A DNA stretch of 64,000 nucleotides from an uncultured Pseudomonadota bacterium (GTDB lineage: Bacteria > Vulcanimicrobiota > Vulcanimicrobiia > Eremiobacterales > Eremiobacteraceae). Within the stretch, counting starts at the first letter, position 1; every line of letters starts with the position of its first letter. Below the pieces are notes generated by a model. That model was not told where the DNA came from. It ran no database searches and worked only from the letters and a program-made list of their open reading frames with translations. Where the stretch lies: NCBI GenBank assembly GCA_963736005.1, contig CAVTNB010000001.1:1568001-1632000 (forward strand), written 5' to 3'. Made by a program: the position numbers and the translations under genes. Positions 18,201 through 26,266 of the stretch are shown piece by piece.

Positions 18201-20975
18201 ATGTCGCCCGGAACTGGGGCCACCCCTCGAGGTGAGAGCCCCGTTACTTTGCCTTCGGGTACTATCACGTTTTTGTTCTCGGATATCGAGGGCTCGACGC
18301 AACGTTGGGAGAGTCACCCCGGGGCGATGAAGCCAGCCGTTGCGCGCCACGAGCAGCTCGTGGCGGCGGTGATGGCGCAGCACGGCGGATATATTTTCAA
18401 GACGATGGGAGATGCGCTCTGCGTCGCCTTCCCGACTGCGCCTGACGCGGTGCGAGCTTCGATTGATGCGCAGCGCGCACTCGCGAACGAAGACTTCTCC
18501 GCCGTAAGCGGCCTACGAGTGCGCATGGGGTTGCATACTGGCTACGCGGAGGAACGTAACGGCGACTATTTCGGCCCCGCGGTCAACCGAGTCGCACGTC
18601 TCATGTCCATCGGCCATGGCGGCCAAGTGTTATTGTCGGCCGTGACGAGGGCGCTCGCGCACAACGATCTACCGCAGGGCTCTTCCCTCACGGACCTCGG
18701 GTCCCAGCGGCTGCGCGATCTGACCGAACCAGAGCAGGTCTGGCAATTGACCATTACCGGACTTGCGAACGAGTTCCCACCGCTGAGATCTCTCGACACG
18801 TTGCCCAACAATTTGCCCATGCAGGTCACGAGCTTTCGTGGCCGCGATCAGGATCTCGAAGACTTGAAAAATCTGATCGGTAAGCATCCGCTCGTAACGC
18901 TGCTGGGGTCGGGAGGTGTCGGCAAGACTCGCCTCGCCCTGCAGACGGGAGCGGAGCTGCTCGACCGCTTCCCCGATGGGGTTTGGCTTGCCGATCTTGC
19001 AACCATAACGGATCCGGAACTGGTCTCGAGCGTCGTCGCCAAAGTTCTGGGGATGAGCCAGCAGGAAGGCCAGCGAGTGGATGAGTCGCTGCCTCACTGG
19101 CTGCGACGGAAGAAGCTGCTCATCATCTTGGACAACTGCGAGCACGTCGTGGAGGCTACAGCCAAGCTGGCCGAAGCGATCATCCGCTCTTGCGCGGATG
19201 TGCGACTTCTCAGTACATCCCGTCAAGCGCTGGGCATTCGCGGTGAGGAAGTCCTCAGGGTTTCTTCGCTTGATGTGCCGCATCGAGTAGCCGATTGCAC
19301 GCCGGAGACGGCGATCACATTTGGCGCCGTTGCGCTTTTCGTCGATCGGGCCCGTTCGGTAGACAAATCGTTCGAGCTGACGGACGATAACGCACCAATC
19401 GTTGCAGACATTTGCCGGCGGCTCGATGGCATACCGCTCGCCATAGAGCTTGCCGCGGCTCGGGTGAAGGTGCTTTCCATCCCCAACTTGGCACAACGGC
19501 TCAACGAGCGTTTCAAGCTTCTCACCGGTGGCAGCCGCGATGCAGTTCCTCGACAGAGGACCTTGAGCGCCCTGATCGACTGGAGCTACGATCTTCTCAG
19601 CGCGCAAGAGCAGAAGCTGTTCTTGCGTGCGGGAGTCTTCGCCGGCGGTTTCAGGCTGGACGCTGCTACGGCCGTCTGCGGCGAGGGCATGGATGAGATC
19701 GATATCTTGGATCTGCTCTCTTCGTTGAGCGACAAGTCTCTGGTCGTTGCGGACACCGGCGGCGAGCAAGAGCGATACCACCTTTTGGAATCAACGCGCG
19801 CCTACGCTTTGGAGAAGCTGACCGCGTCGGGTGAACGCGAACGCCTGAGTCGCCGCCATGCGGAGTATTTCCGCGATCAAGCCCAGGCGGCGGATGAGCG
19901 CTATGGGATAGGTTCGACCTATGTCTGGCTTGCCAACGCGGAACTCGAGCTCGACAACTATCGTGCGGCGCTCGAATGGTCCATCACAGAGAACCACGAC
20001 ATGATCGTGGGCGGCGCGATCGCGGGGGCATTGGAGCAGGTCTGGTATCGCGGTGGGCTCACCACCGAAGGCCGCTACTGGATCTCCGCAGCGCTCGAAC
20101 GGGGCAACTATGCCGGACAGCCTTTGATCGCGGCGCGCTTGTGGCGCGCTCTTGGGTTCATCCGGTCGGGCAAGCCAGCATACGAAGCGGCGGAGCGAGC
20201 ACGCGTACTCTACGAGGAAGCTGGCGATAAGTGGGGAGCCGCTCGTGCTAAGGGGGACGCGGCGTTTGCATTGAGACAGATGGGTCGGCTTGACGAAGCA
20301 GTTGAGCTCCTTACGCAAGCGATAGACACATCGCGCTCCTTGGGAGACAAATTTGGAGTTCTCATGGGCCTGAGCACGAGAGGCGGATGCGCGTACAACC
20401 TCGGTGACTTCAAGTTGGGTCGAGAATATTATTCGCAGGCCCTCGCGCTGTCCAAAGAGCTAGCGAACGACATGCAGACCTCGTTTGTCCTGTCGAACCT
20501 TGCCGAACTTGAATTTGCAGATGGCCATGCCGATGAAGCGTTGCGGTCGGCAAAAGAGCTTGCAGAACAGCGCACACGCTCGCAAAACTTGACCAACCTC
20601 GCGACCAGCAAGACCAATGTTGCTGCCTATTGTATCTGGCTTGGTCAACTCGATGAAGCTTGCCAGTCGGCCAGGGAGGCGCTTTATATCTCGCGATCGA
20701 TAACAGCGCTCTACTCCACTTCGATCGCCTGCCAGCACCTCGGGCTTATCGCCAGCCTCCGCGGCCGGCCTCAGGTGGCAGCTTCGCTTCTTGGGTTTGT
20801 CAACGAGCAGTACCGCAAAATCGAGACCGAACGCGAACCAACCGAAAAATTGTGCTACGACAAGTTCATGGCATCGCTGCGGGAACAGCTCAGTGAAACG
20901 GAGATCGAAAAGCTTCTGGCCGAGGGCGCTCGATGGACAGAGGATAAGGCGATCGAGGTTGCGCTCGAGCTCTAA
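18201..20975 (+). CDS. Class III nucleotide cyclase, NB-ARC/STAND ATPase and TPR signalling protein
   Basis: FSDIEGST, KTMGDA, DYFGPAVNRVAR; GSGGVGKTRL, LDNCEH, LDGIPLAIELAAA; C-terminal helical repeats. Confidence 0.93.
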   Translation: MSPGTGATPRGESPVTLPSGTITFLFSDIEGSTQRWESHPGAMKPAVARHEQLVAAVMAQHGGYIFKTMGDALCVAFPTAPDAVRASIDAQRALANEDFSAVSGLRVRMGLHTGYAEERNGDYFGPAVNRVARLMSIGHGGQVLLSAVTRALAHNDLPQGSSLTDLGSQRLRDLTEPEQVWQLTITGLANEFPPLRSLDTLPNNLPMQVTSFRGRDQDLEDLKNLIGKHPLVTLLGSGGVGKTRLALQTGAELLDRFPDGVWLADLATITDPELVSSVVAKVLGMSQQEGQRVDESLPHWLRRKKLLIILDNCEHVVEATAKLAEAIIRSCADVRLLSTSRQALGIRGEEVLRVSSLDVPHRVADCTPETAITFGAVALFVDRARSVDKSFELTDDNAPIVADICRRLDGIPLAIELAAARVKVLSIPNLAQRLNERFKLLTGGSRDAVPRQRTLSALIDWSYDLLSAQEQKLFLRAGVFAGGFRLDAATAVCGEGMDEIDILDLLSSLSDKSLVVADTGGEQERYHLLESTRAYALEKLTASGERERLSRRHAEYFRDQAQAADERYGIGSTYVWLANAELELDNYRAALEWSITENHDMIVGGAIAGALEQVWYRGGLTTEGRYWISAALERGNYAGQPLIAARLWRALGFIRSGKPAYEAAERARVLYEEAGDKWGAARAKGDAAFALRQMGRLDEAVELLTQAIDTSRSLGDKFGVLMGLSTRGGCAYNLGDFKLGREYYSQALALSKELANDMQTSFVLSNLAELEFADGHADEALRSAKELAEQRTRSQNLTNLATSKTNVAAYCIWLGQLDEACQSAREALYISRSITALYSTSIACQHLGLIASLRGRPQVAASLLGFVNEQYRKIETEREPTEKLCYDKFMASLREQLSETEIEKLLAEGARWTEDKAIEVALEL

Positions 20976-21002
20976 CCGCCAAAGAAGCTAGCCGAGTCGT
21001 AA

Positions 21003-21503
21003 ATGAGTGGTTTTGATAAGCGCGAGACAGCCCTTAGACGGGTGAAAGATGAAGACTTCGCTTGGATGTTGGGGGGCGAGCCCGTTTGTCGCGCCGGCCT
21101 TAGGTTGCCTCCCGGAGGCGTCGATGATCCGGGTACGCTTAGTCACGTTCGTGACATTACAAAGCGCGTTCACGCTCAGGGCTGCAGTAGCGCCTGGATG
21201 ATTGTTTCAGGCGATGAGGTAGTTGGCTTGTGCGGCTATCACCACGCGCCAAAAAATGGCATGGTAGAAATCGGTTACAGCGTCGCAGGTAGCCGTCGAC
21301 GTTGCGGTCACGCTTCGCGCGCGGTTGAAGCAATGATTGTTGAGGCGATGGCCGAGGGCGTCCGGGTGCTAAAGGCCGAGACTTCCACCACAAATTACGC
21401 CTCCAACCGGGTCCTCGAGAAGAATGGTTTCGTACCATCCGAAACACGCCTCGATGCGGAAGACGGCGAGGTAATTACCTGGCGAAGGACCCTTAGGTCG
21501 TAG
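21003..21503 (+). CDS. GNAT (RimJ/RimL-like) acetyltransferase
   Basis: VEIGYSV, RRRCGHA, NYASNRVLEKNGF. Confidence 0.88.
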   Translation: MSGFDKRETALRRVKDEDFAWMLGGEPVCRAGLRLPPGGVDDPGTLSHVRDITKRVHAQGCSSAWMIVSGDEVVGLCGYHHAPKNGMVEIGYSVAGSRRRCGHASRAVEAMIVEAMAEGVRVLKAETSTTNYASNRVLEKNGFVPSETRLDAEDGEVITWRRTLRS

Positions 21504-21585
21504 CCCGGCATTCGGCCGCGAGCGCTTACTTAAGACTGGTAAAACCCCTGGGTTACAGCTCGCGCTTTCGTACTATACTTGAGAT

Positions 21586-21725
21586 GGCGGAGCAGCTGTT
21601 CGTGCCGAAAAATCACGTTTTCGTTCACAGCAGTCGTTTCCGTCTTGGCGGGCGGGATCAGCCTAAGGGCAAACGTAGATGCCTTTCATCGCGTCTGGTC
21701 GCGCCTGCGTCGGTGGCAGGCGCAG
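21586..21725 (+). ncRNA. Unidentified structured ncRNA, copy B
   Basis: -10 TATACT at 21574 with the same spacing as copy A; stems GGCGGAG/TTTCCGTC, GCTGT/ACAGC, CGAAAA-ATCACG-TTTTCG; same 3' hairpin. Confidence 0.6.
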
Positions 21726-21796
21726 ACTATCTAGAAGGCGGGCGCAAGTATCGGGCCGGAGATCTCGGAAATCCCTAAAGCATATTGGGACTAGTA

Positions 21797-22075
21797 CTAA
21801 GAGATGGCTTTGACCTCATCCAGCTTGACACCGCGGCCAGCCCGAAGACTCTTCCGCGCCTTTTCGACACGCATCAAAAACCGTGGATCATTTTCAAGCC
21901 GGTAGTCAAACCACTCGTCATCCGATTCGAAACCGATCAAAACACCCGCAGGCCTTCCATGGCGCGTGATTACGATTTCTTCCTTTGCTGCCTCGCGAAG
22001 AAATCGTGACAAATCATCCTTCATCTCAGACAGCGGAACCTTCCTTATTCTGGTTCGGCGAATTGTGCTAGCCAT
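21797..22075 (-). CDS. Phd/YefM antitoxin
   Basis: LSEMKDDLSRFL, IVITRHGRPAGVL. Confidence 0.85.
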   Translation of the reverse strand: MASTIRRTRIRKVPLSEMKDDLSRFLREAAKEEIVITRHGRPAGVLIGFESDDEWFDYRLENDPRFLMRVEKARKSLRAGRGVKLDEVKAIS

Positions 22076-22330
22076 TCTGTTGCCTCCGACTTTATTATGA
22101 TCGCCAGAATCTCAACCTTGGGTCTTTGACATCGTAGAACACTCGCGCCTCATCAGCGCGTAGCCTATACTCTGGTCGTCGAATACCCCGAAGCCTTTTG
22201 ATCCGGCTACGACTTTGTTTTCGCGGCTCGTGCTTTAGATGGGTTTCGATCGATGCAAGGACTTTAGCTCGAACATTCGCTTTGAGCCTTCTCAGATCTT
22301 CGACTGCGGAAAGGGATTACTTCGTGTCGC
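22045..22330 (-). pseudogene. RelE/ParE toxin pseudogene
   Basis: AVEDLRRL...RIKRLRG...EYRLRADEARVFYDV, frameshift near 22120, then KVEILAIIIKSEATEWL...*; no start codon. Confidence 0.8.
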
Positions 22331-22395
22331 GACGGCAGGTTCCCGAACTCGGCTCCGTTCGTGCTTGAGCGCAGTCGCCAAGCGAACATTGATTT

Positions 22396-22896
22396 CTAGT
22401 ACGTTCTCCGCGTACAGGACGCACCGTGCATGCTGCAGACTTGGAGATAGAGGCGGTCGACGAGGTCCCATTCTCTTGCGACCGTTGGGGTGTGCGGCAG
22501 CGACTCGATGATCTGCAGCGTCCCGCCGATATCGCCTGCCCCTTCAGACCAGGGTAAGAATCCGTAATGCATGCCGACTGCAGTCGCGTCCGCAAAGGAC
22601 ACCGAATAGAGCAGTCGAGGCGCACTGTCATCGCACGACTTGAACTCTTGTGCACCCTCCAGCGCGTAGTGGTTTATCGTGTTCCACGAAACCTTCGCCG
22701 AGTAGTCGTTGCTCGAACCCTCGTAACTTTGGACGTCCTTCGCCTTTGCGCTGATCGCGTTGGCGTCAGCAGCCAAATTTTTGCAGCCAGCATTGGCCGG
22801 CTGAGCAAAGAGTACCGTGCCGGCACATATCAAGAGCACAATGATGAAAGTAGAGCTTTGCAGCCTCATGCTTGAATTATAGGCCCATCCAATCAC
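22396..22896 (-). CDS. Hypothetical secreted protein
   Basis: Signal peptide MRLQSSTFIIVLLICAGTVLFAQPANA (start probably 22869). Confidence 0.6.
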   Translation of the reverse strand: MIGWAYNSSMRLQSSTFIIVLLICAGTVLFAQPANAGCKNLAADANAISAKAKDVQSYEGSSNDYSAKVSWNTINHYALEGAQEFKSCDDSAPRLLYSVSFADATAVGMHYGFLPWSEGAGDIGGTLQIIESLPHTPTVAREWDLVDRLYLQVCSMHGASCTRRTY

Positions 22897-23122
22897 AACG
22901 GAGATTGACCGCAGTCACCGTTTTCGGCCATTGGGGTACGATGGCACAAAAGCCTATCGGTAGCCATCTCCTTCAGAAGACCTTGGCCCAGAAGGTCGCG
23001 CCTGCCTAAAAGGCAGGCGACGACTTAGTATCACTTTGGTAAGGCCTAGTGTGACCCGGAATGATTCCAACGGCGACCTGTCACCAATAATTCTATTGCG
23101 TCGATGCTTACCGGGCGAGCTC

Positions 23123-23152
23123 AAAAAAGAAAACCACCCGCATAACGGGTGG
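23123..23152 (-). terminator. Intrinsic terminator
   Basis: CCACCCG-TTATG-CGGGTGG followed by TTTTCTTTTTT. Confidence 0.9.
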
Positions 23153-23171
23153 GTGCTAGTAGCAGTCTCTC
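23123..23171 (-). ncRNA. Antisense small RNA (putative antitoxin) to tRNA-like RNA 1
   Basis: Starts 7 nt after TATAAT; first 17 nt GAGAGACUGCUACUAGC pair with the RNA encoded at 23294-23310; ends in a terminator. Confidence 0.8.
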
Positions 23172-23178
23172 GCGGGTC

Positions 23179-23207
23179 ATTATAGCACATACACAAGCGT
23201 CGGGCAA
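23179..23207 (-). promoter_or_regulatory. sigma70 promoter with extended -10
   Basis: TTGCCC-17 bp-(TGC)TATAAT. Confidence 0.85.
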
Positions 23208-23256
23208 GATGGATTCACGCAGTCCTCACCGTCGTGAACCCTCCGCTGCGCGGAGC

Positions 23257-23322
23257 TGGAGGCAGCGGGGATCGAACCCGCAGCAGACGGTTTGAGAGAC
23301 TACTACTAGCCAGCTTGCCCCC
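23257..23322 (-). tRNA. Non-canonical D-armless tRNA-like RNA: Ala identity (G3.U70, A73) with CUC (Glu) anticodon loop; no encoded CCA
   Basis: GGGGGCA/UGCCUCC-A acceptor; GCGGG-UUCGAUC-CCCGC T arm; CU-CUC-AA 7-nt loop; 66 nt total. Confidence 0.78.
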
Positions 23323-23398
23323 AGCACCATCCTTATCGCGCACGGTTAAGCGAACGTCAAGCCTGAAAACTAACGAGCAGCTGGGCGTCGGCGTGGGA

Positions 23399-24133
23399 CT
23401 ACCGATTGTTCATGCGGTCGAAGATCCGGCGGCGATCTTCGTACGACGCATGCATGGCTTCTTCGGAAAAACCATACGACACCTCGATGCTTCCGGCGCG
23501 GAGTTGCGTAAACGCGGCGTCCGCAAATTCGTCGAGGGGCGTGGCCCATGTGTGGAGGCCTGGACCGCCAAGATCCGTGTTGACTGCGGGCGGTGCGATC
23601 TCGATGACCTCGACGGGCGTTGCGGCGAGCTGTCGGCGCAAGGAAAGCGTAAACGAAGCGATCGCAGCCTTGGTTGCGCAGTACACCGGTGTTGCGGCGA
23701 GCGGCACATACGCAAGCCCTGACGAGATGTTGATGATCGCAGGTTCCTGTTGTTTGCGAAGGTGCGGCAGCAAGAGCATGCTTAGGTGAATTGGTGCTTC
23801 TAAGTTGATCGCGATCTCATTGTGGCATGACGACCAATCGATGTCATCATTCAATGACAGCCACTGTTGAATGCCGGCGTTATTGACGAGAATGTCGAGT
23901 TTTGGGAAGGCTTTGATCGTCCAGGCCGCGAGTTGTTTGCGCTGGTCGGGATCTGCGACATCGCACACACGGGTGTGCAGTGAAGGATGAGCCTCGTGCG
24001 CCTCACGGAGCTTATCCTCGCGCCTGCCGCAGATAATGACCTCGTTGCCTTCGGTGAGGAAACGCTTGGCAAAGGCAAAGCCAATGCCGCTCGCGCCGCC
24101 CGTCAGGAGCATGGTGTGTCCGGTCAGTTTCAT
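23399..24133 (-). CDS. SDR family oxidoreductase (DltE-like)
   Basis: TGGASGIG, LVNNAG, YCATK. Confidence 0.92.
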   Translation of the reverse strand: MKLTGHTMLLTGGASGIGFAFAKRFLTEGNEVIICGRREDKLREAHEAHPSLHTRVCDVADPDQRKQLAAWTIKAFPKLDILVNNAGIQQWLSLNDDIDWSSCHNEIAINLEAPIHLSMLLLPHLRKQQEPAIINISSGLAYVPLAATPVYCATKAAIASFTLSLRRQLAATPVEVIEIAPPAVNTDLGGPGLHTWATPLDEFADAAFTQLRAGSIEVSYGFSEEAMHASYEDRRRIFDRMNNR

Positions 24134-24288
24134 GGGAAGAACTACGCCGCTCGGGGCAGGTTTCCGCTACTACGTTCGCCGGCGGGCAGGACGACCCGCG
24201 CATGCCGTACGCCTGGACGTAGCAAGGCGGGCGCCGTTCTCGCTCAAGAGATCCTCGCCGCAGCGATCCGAAGGCGAAGCCTTGAGAC

Positions 24289-24702
24289 CTAAATAGCGAT
24301 CGACGTGTGGCGTTTTGGACGCCCACCCTTTTTCCCGTTGGCTCTGGCGGCTGCTGATTTAGCTTTGCTTCTTGTACTGCCAGCCTTGGCGTACGGATCG
24401 TCACCAGTTACTGCGCGGCGCACCAGTCCTGCAACCGATATGTTGAGATCGTGCTCGGGCAGCTCAATGGCATCGCCGACGCGCGATAGCCTCAGTTTCT
24501 TGAGATCGGGCTTTGTAACATCGGCCAAGCTAGTAATCGACCTCACGGGTATCTTTAGCTCGGTGCGATTTCGCAGCCTAAGGTAGATATGACTGCTGTT
24601 TGGAAGAAAGCTCATGATGACCGCATCATTAGCTTGATTAAGCCTCCCGCGCTCGCGAGCTTTCGCGATCCCTTTTGCATCAAAACCTTTTATTCTAACC
24701 AT
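24289..24702 (-). CDS. DUF2442-family antitoxin-like protein
   Basis: GDAIELPEHDLNISV; C-terminal KSAAARANGKKGGRP; lies downstream of the DUF4160 remnant. Confidence 0.72.
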   Translation of the reverse strand: MVRIKGFDAKGIAKARERGRLNQANDAVIMSFLPNSSHIYLRLRNRTELKIPVRSITSLADVTKPDLKKLRLSRVGDAIELPEHDLNISVAGLVRRAVTGDDPYAKAGSTRSKAKSAAARANGKKGGRPKRHTSIAI

Positions 24703-24824
24703 AATAATTTCTCCATGCAGCCCAGGATATCGGCGCCGTCTTTACGGACATGCACGTGCGGTGGCGGGTGATCGTCGGTGTACACTAATACGTGATAGCC
24801 TTTGTGCTGTGCGACGGTGGGCAT
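24690..24824 (-). pseudogene. DUF4160-family toxin with internal deletion
   Basis: MPTV...YTDDHPPPHVHV, then an abrupt frame change to a C-terminal-like WAAWRNYG*. Confidence 0.7.
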
Positions 24825-24905
24825 GCGTGTACAGATCAGTATAACCTATCACGCTAGGTTTTTGCAAGATCTTTTGGATTTCCATTTTGACGCGCCTGCT
24901 TAAAA

Positions 24906-25047
24906 GGCGGGCGCAATTATCGCGCTGGAGATCTCAGAAATCTCAAAAGCATGTCGGCTCTAACACTAAGAAGTGGCTTTGACCGCGGCCAGTCCGAAGA
25001 CTCCCACCCGCCTTTTCGACGCGTACCAAGAACCTTGGGTCATTTTT
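24906..25047 (-). repeat. Degenerate copy of the 3' end and downstream flank of the 21797-22075 antitoxin gene
   Basis: Aligns by eye to 21737-21894 (GGCGGGCGCAA..GGAGATCTC..GGCTTTGACC..CCGCGGCCAG.CCGAAGACTC..CGCCTTTTCGAC). Confidence 0.8.
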
Positions 25048-25060
25048 GGAAATCGCGGGA

Positions 25061-25471
25061 TTAGCAAACGATGCAGCGGATATATTTGGTCGCCTTCGCG
25101 TATTCGTGAATCGGACTGTCTCTGGTTAAAAGCCGCGCGCCGTACGCAGCGGCCGTGGCGATCAAAATGCAGTCCGCAGGATCACCCTGAAATTTTCCTG
25201 GTAGCTCGGTTGCTGCCAAAGCAATAGCGGGCGTCAACGTGGCAGTCAGCACGCCCGGCTGGGCAAACAGTGCGCGAATGTAATCTTGTGCAGGGGTCGC
25301 GAGAATGAGCCGCCCCTTGCGCACGAGCATGCCTATTTCCCACGCGCTAATTGGCGAAAGCAGAAGCTCACCGCGCTTGGCGGCATCATCCACAGCTCCG
25401 GCGATAGCTGGTGCTATTTTACCCTCGACCGCCCAAACTGCAGCATGCGTGTCAAGCAAAATTGGGTTCAT
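25061..25471 (-). CDS. vapC: VapC-like PIN toxin
   Basis: LLDTHA, SPISAWEI, DPADCILIATA, LLTRD. Confidence 0.92.
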   Translation of the reverse strand: MNPILLDTHAAVWAVEGKIAPAIAGAVDDAAKRGELLLSPISAWEIGMLVRKGRLILATPAQDYIRALFAQPGVLTATLTPAIALAATELPGKFQGDPADCILIATAAAYGARLLTRDSPIHEYAKATKYIRCIVC

Positions 25472-25757
25472 CAGCTTTCCAGTGGGCGCTGACCGGACTC
25501 ACGAGGTCCTTTTCCTTGATTGTCAGGCCGGTAAGAGAGCCGCAGAAACCGCTAGATCCTGCTCGCACTGGCACGAGTCGAGCGACCGGCTTACGGTGCT
25601 TTGTAATCACGATTTCTATTCCTGATCGGCCAACTTCGTCCATAAGTTGGAGGCAGCGCGCTTTGAACTCCCCCGCCCCGACCTGCCTTGATCTCAACAT
25701 AAGGAATGAAATGGCTGACTTCTGGGGTTTGCGGTCCTTGTGTGAGTTTCTGGTCAT
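25452..25757 (-). CDS. Phd/YefM antitoxin
   Basis: GAGEFKARCLQLMDEV, VITKHRKPVARLVP. Confidence 0.9.
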   Translation of the reverse strand: MTRNSHKDRKPQKSAISFLMLRSRQVGAGEFKARCLQLMDEVGRSGIEIVITKHRKPVARLVPVRAGSSGFCGSLTGLTIKEKDLVSPVSAHWKADEPNFA

Positions 25758-25983
25758 AATTTATGACCATATTGTAGCACACGTCAGCTGAGCGCTACAA
25801 GGCCCTTCAAGGCGCTCGCAGAGCGTCGCCAGGCTTTCCGAGCGCCTGCCCTACCGGGCATGCGCTACGACGGCTCTTCCTCGCCAACCAGGGAGTAGGC
25901 AGCGAACGTTGGAACGCTGGGGATTCCACCGTGGAGCAGCCGTGGTGGAGAACGACGGCAAGGGATTCGAAGTGGGAAAAATC

Positions 25984-26265
25984 GTGTGCAGAAACATCAA
26001 AACTCTCTTTAATTTTAAACCGGCAGCAACGCGCGACGAAATCCACGCGGCTTCGGAACAATTTGTTCGCAAGATCAGCGGCTTTTCAAAACCCTCAAAA
26101 GCAAATGAAGCTGCGTTCGCGACCGCAGTCGATGAGATCACCGCCGCCTCCGCTCGCTTCCTCGTAAAGCTGCAGACTAGCGCCACGCCGCGAAATCGAC
26201 GAGTGGAAGCGTTGAAAGCCAAGAAGCGTGCGGCTCAGCGATTCGGGACCAACCGAGCAGCTTGA
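25984..26265 (+). CDS. DUF2277 family protein
   Basis: MCRNIKTLFNF...EIHAASEQFVRKISG. Confidence 0.85.
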   Translation: MCRNIKTLFNFKPAATRDEIHAASEQFVRKISGFSKPSKANEAAFATAVDEITAASARFLVKLQTSATPRNRRVEALKAKKRAAQRFGTNRAA

Positions 26266-26266
26266 G

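Noticed and set aside
21584..21778. Conserved small protein encoded by ncRNA copies A and B
   Set aside because: Indels shift the frame between copies; conservation follows base pairing rather than codons.
23257..23322. tmRNA (ssrA), standard or permuted
   Set aside because: The ends resemble tmRNA, but only 34 nt separate the acceptor 5' strand and the T arm, leaving no tag ORF or pseudoknots; the order is not permuted.
23257..23322. Canonical tRNA-Glu or tRNA-Ala
   Set aside because: No D stem, 66 nt long, and acceptor identity conflicts with the anticodon.
23234..23722. Long shadow ORFs (also 1050-1970, 18669-19781, 28625-29689, 40939-41742)
   Set aside because: Antisense to well-supported genes in GC-rich DNA, with no recognisable motifs.
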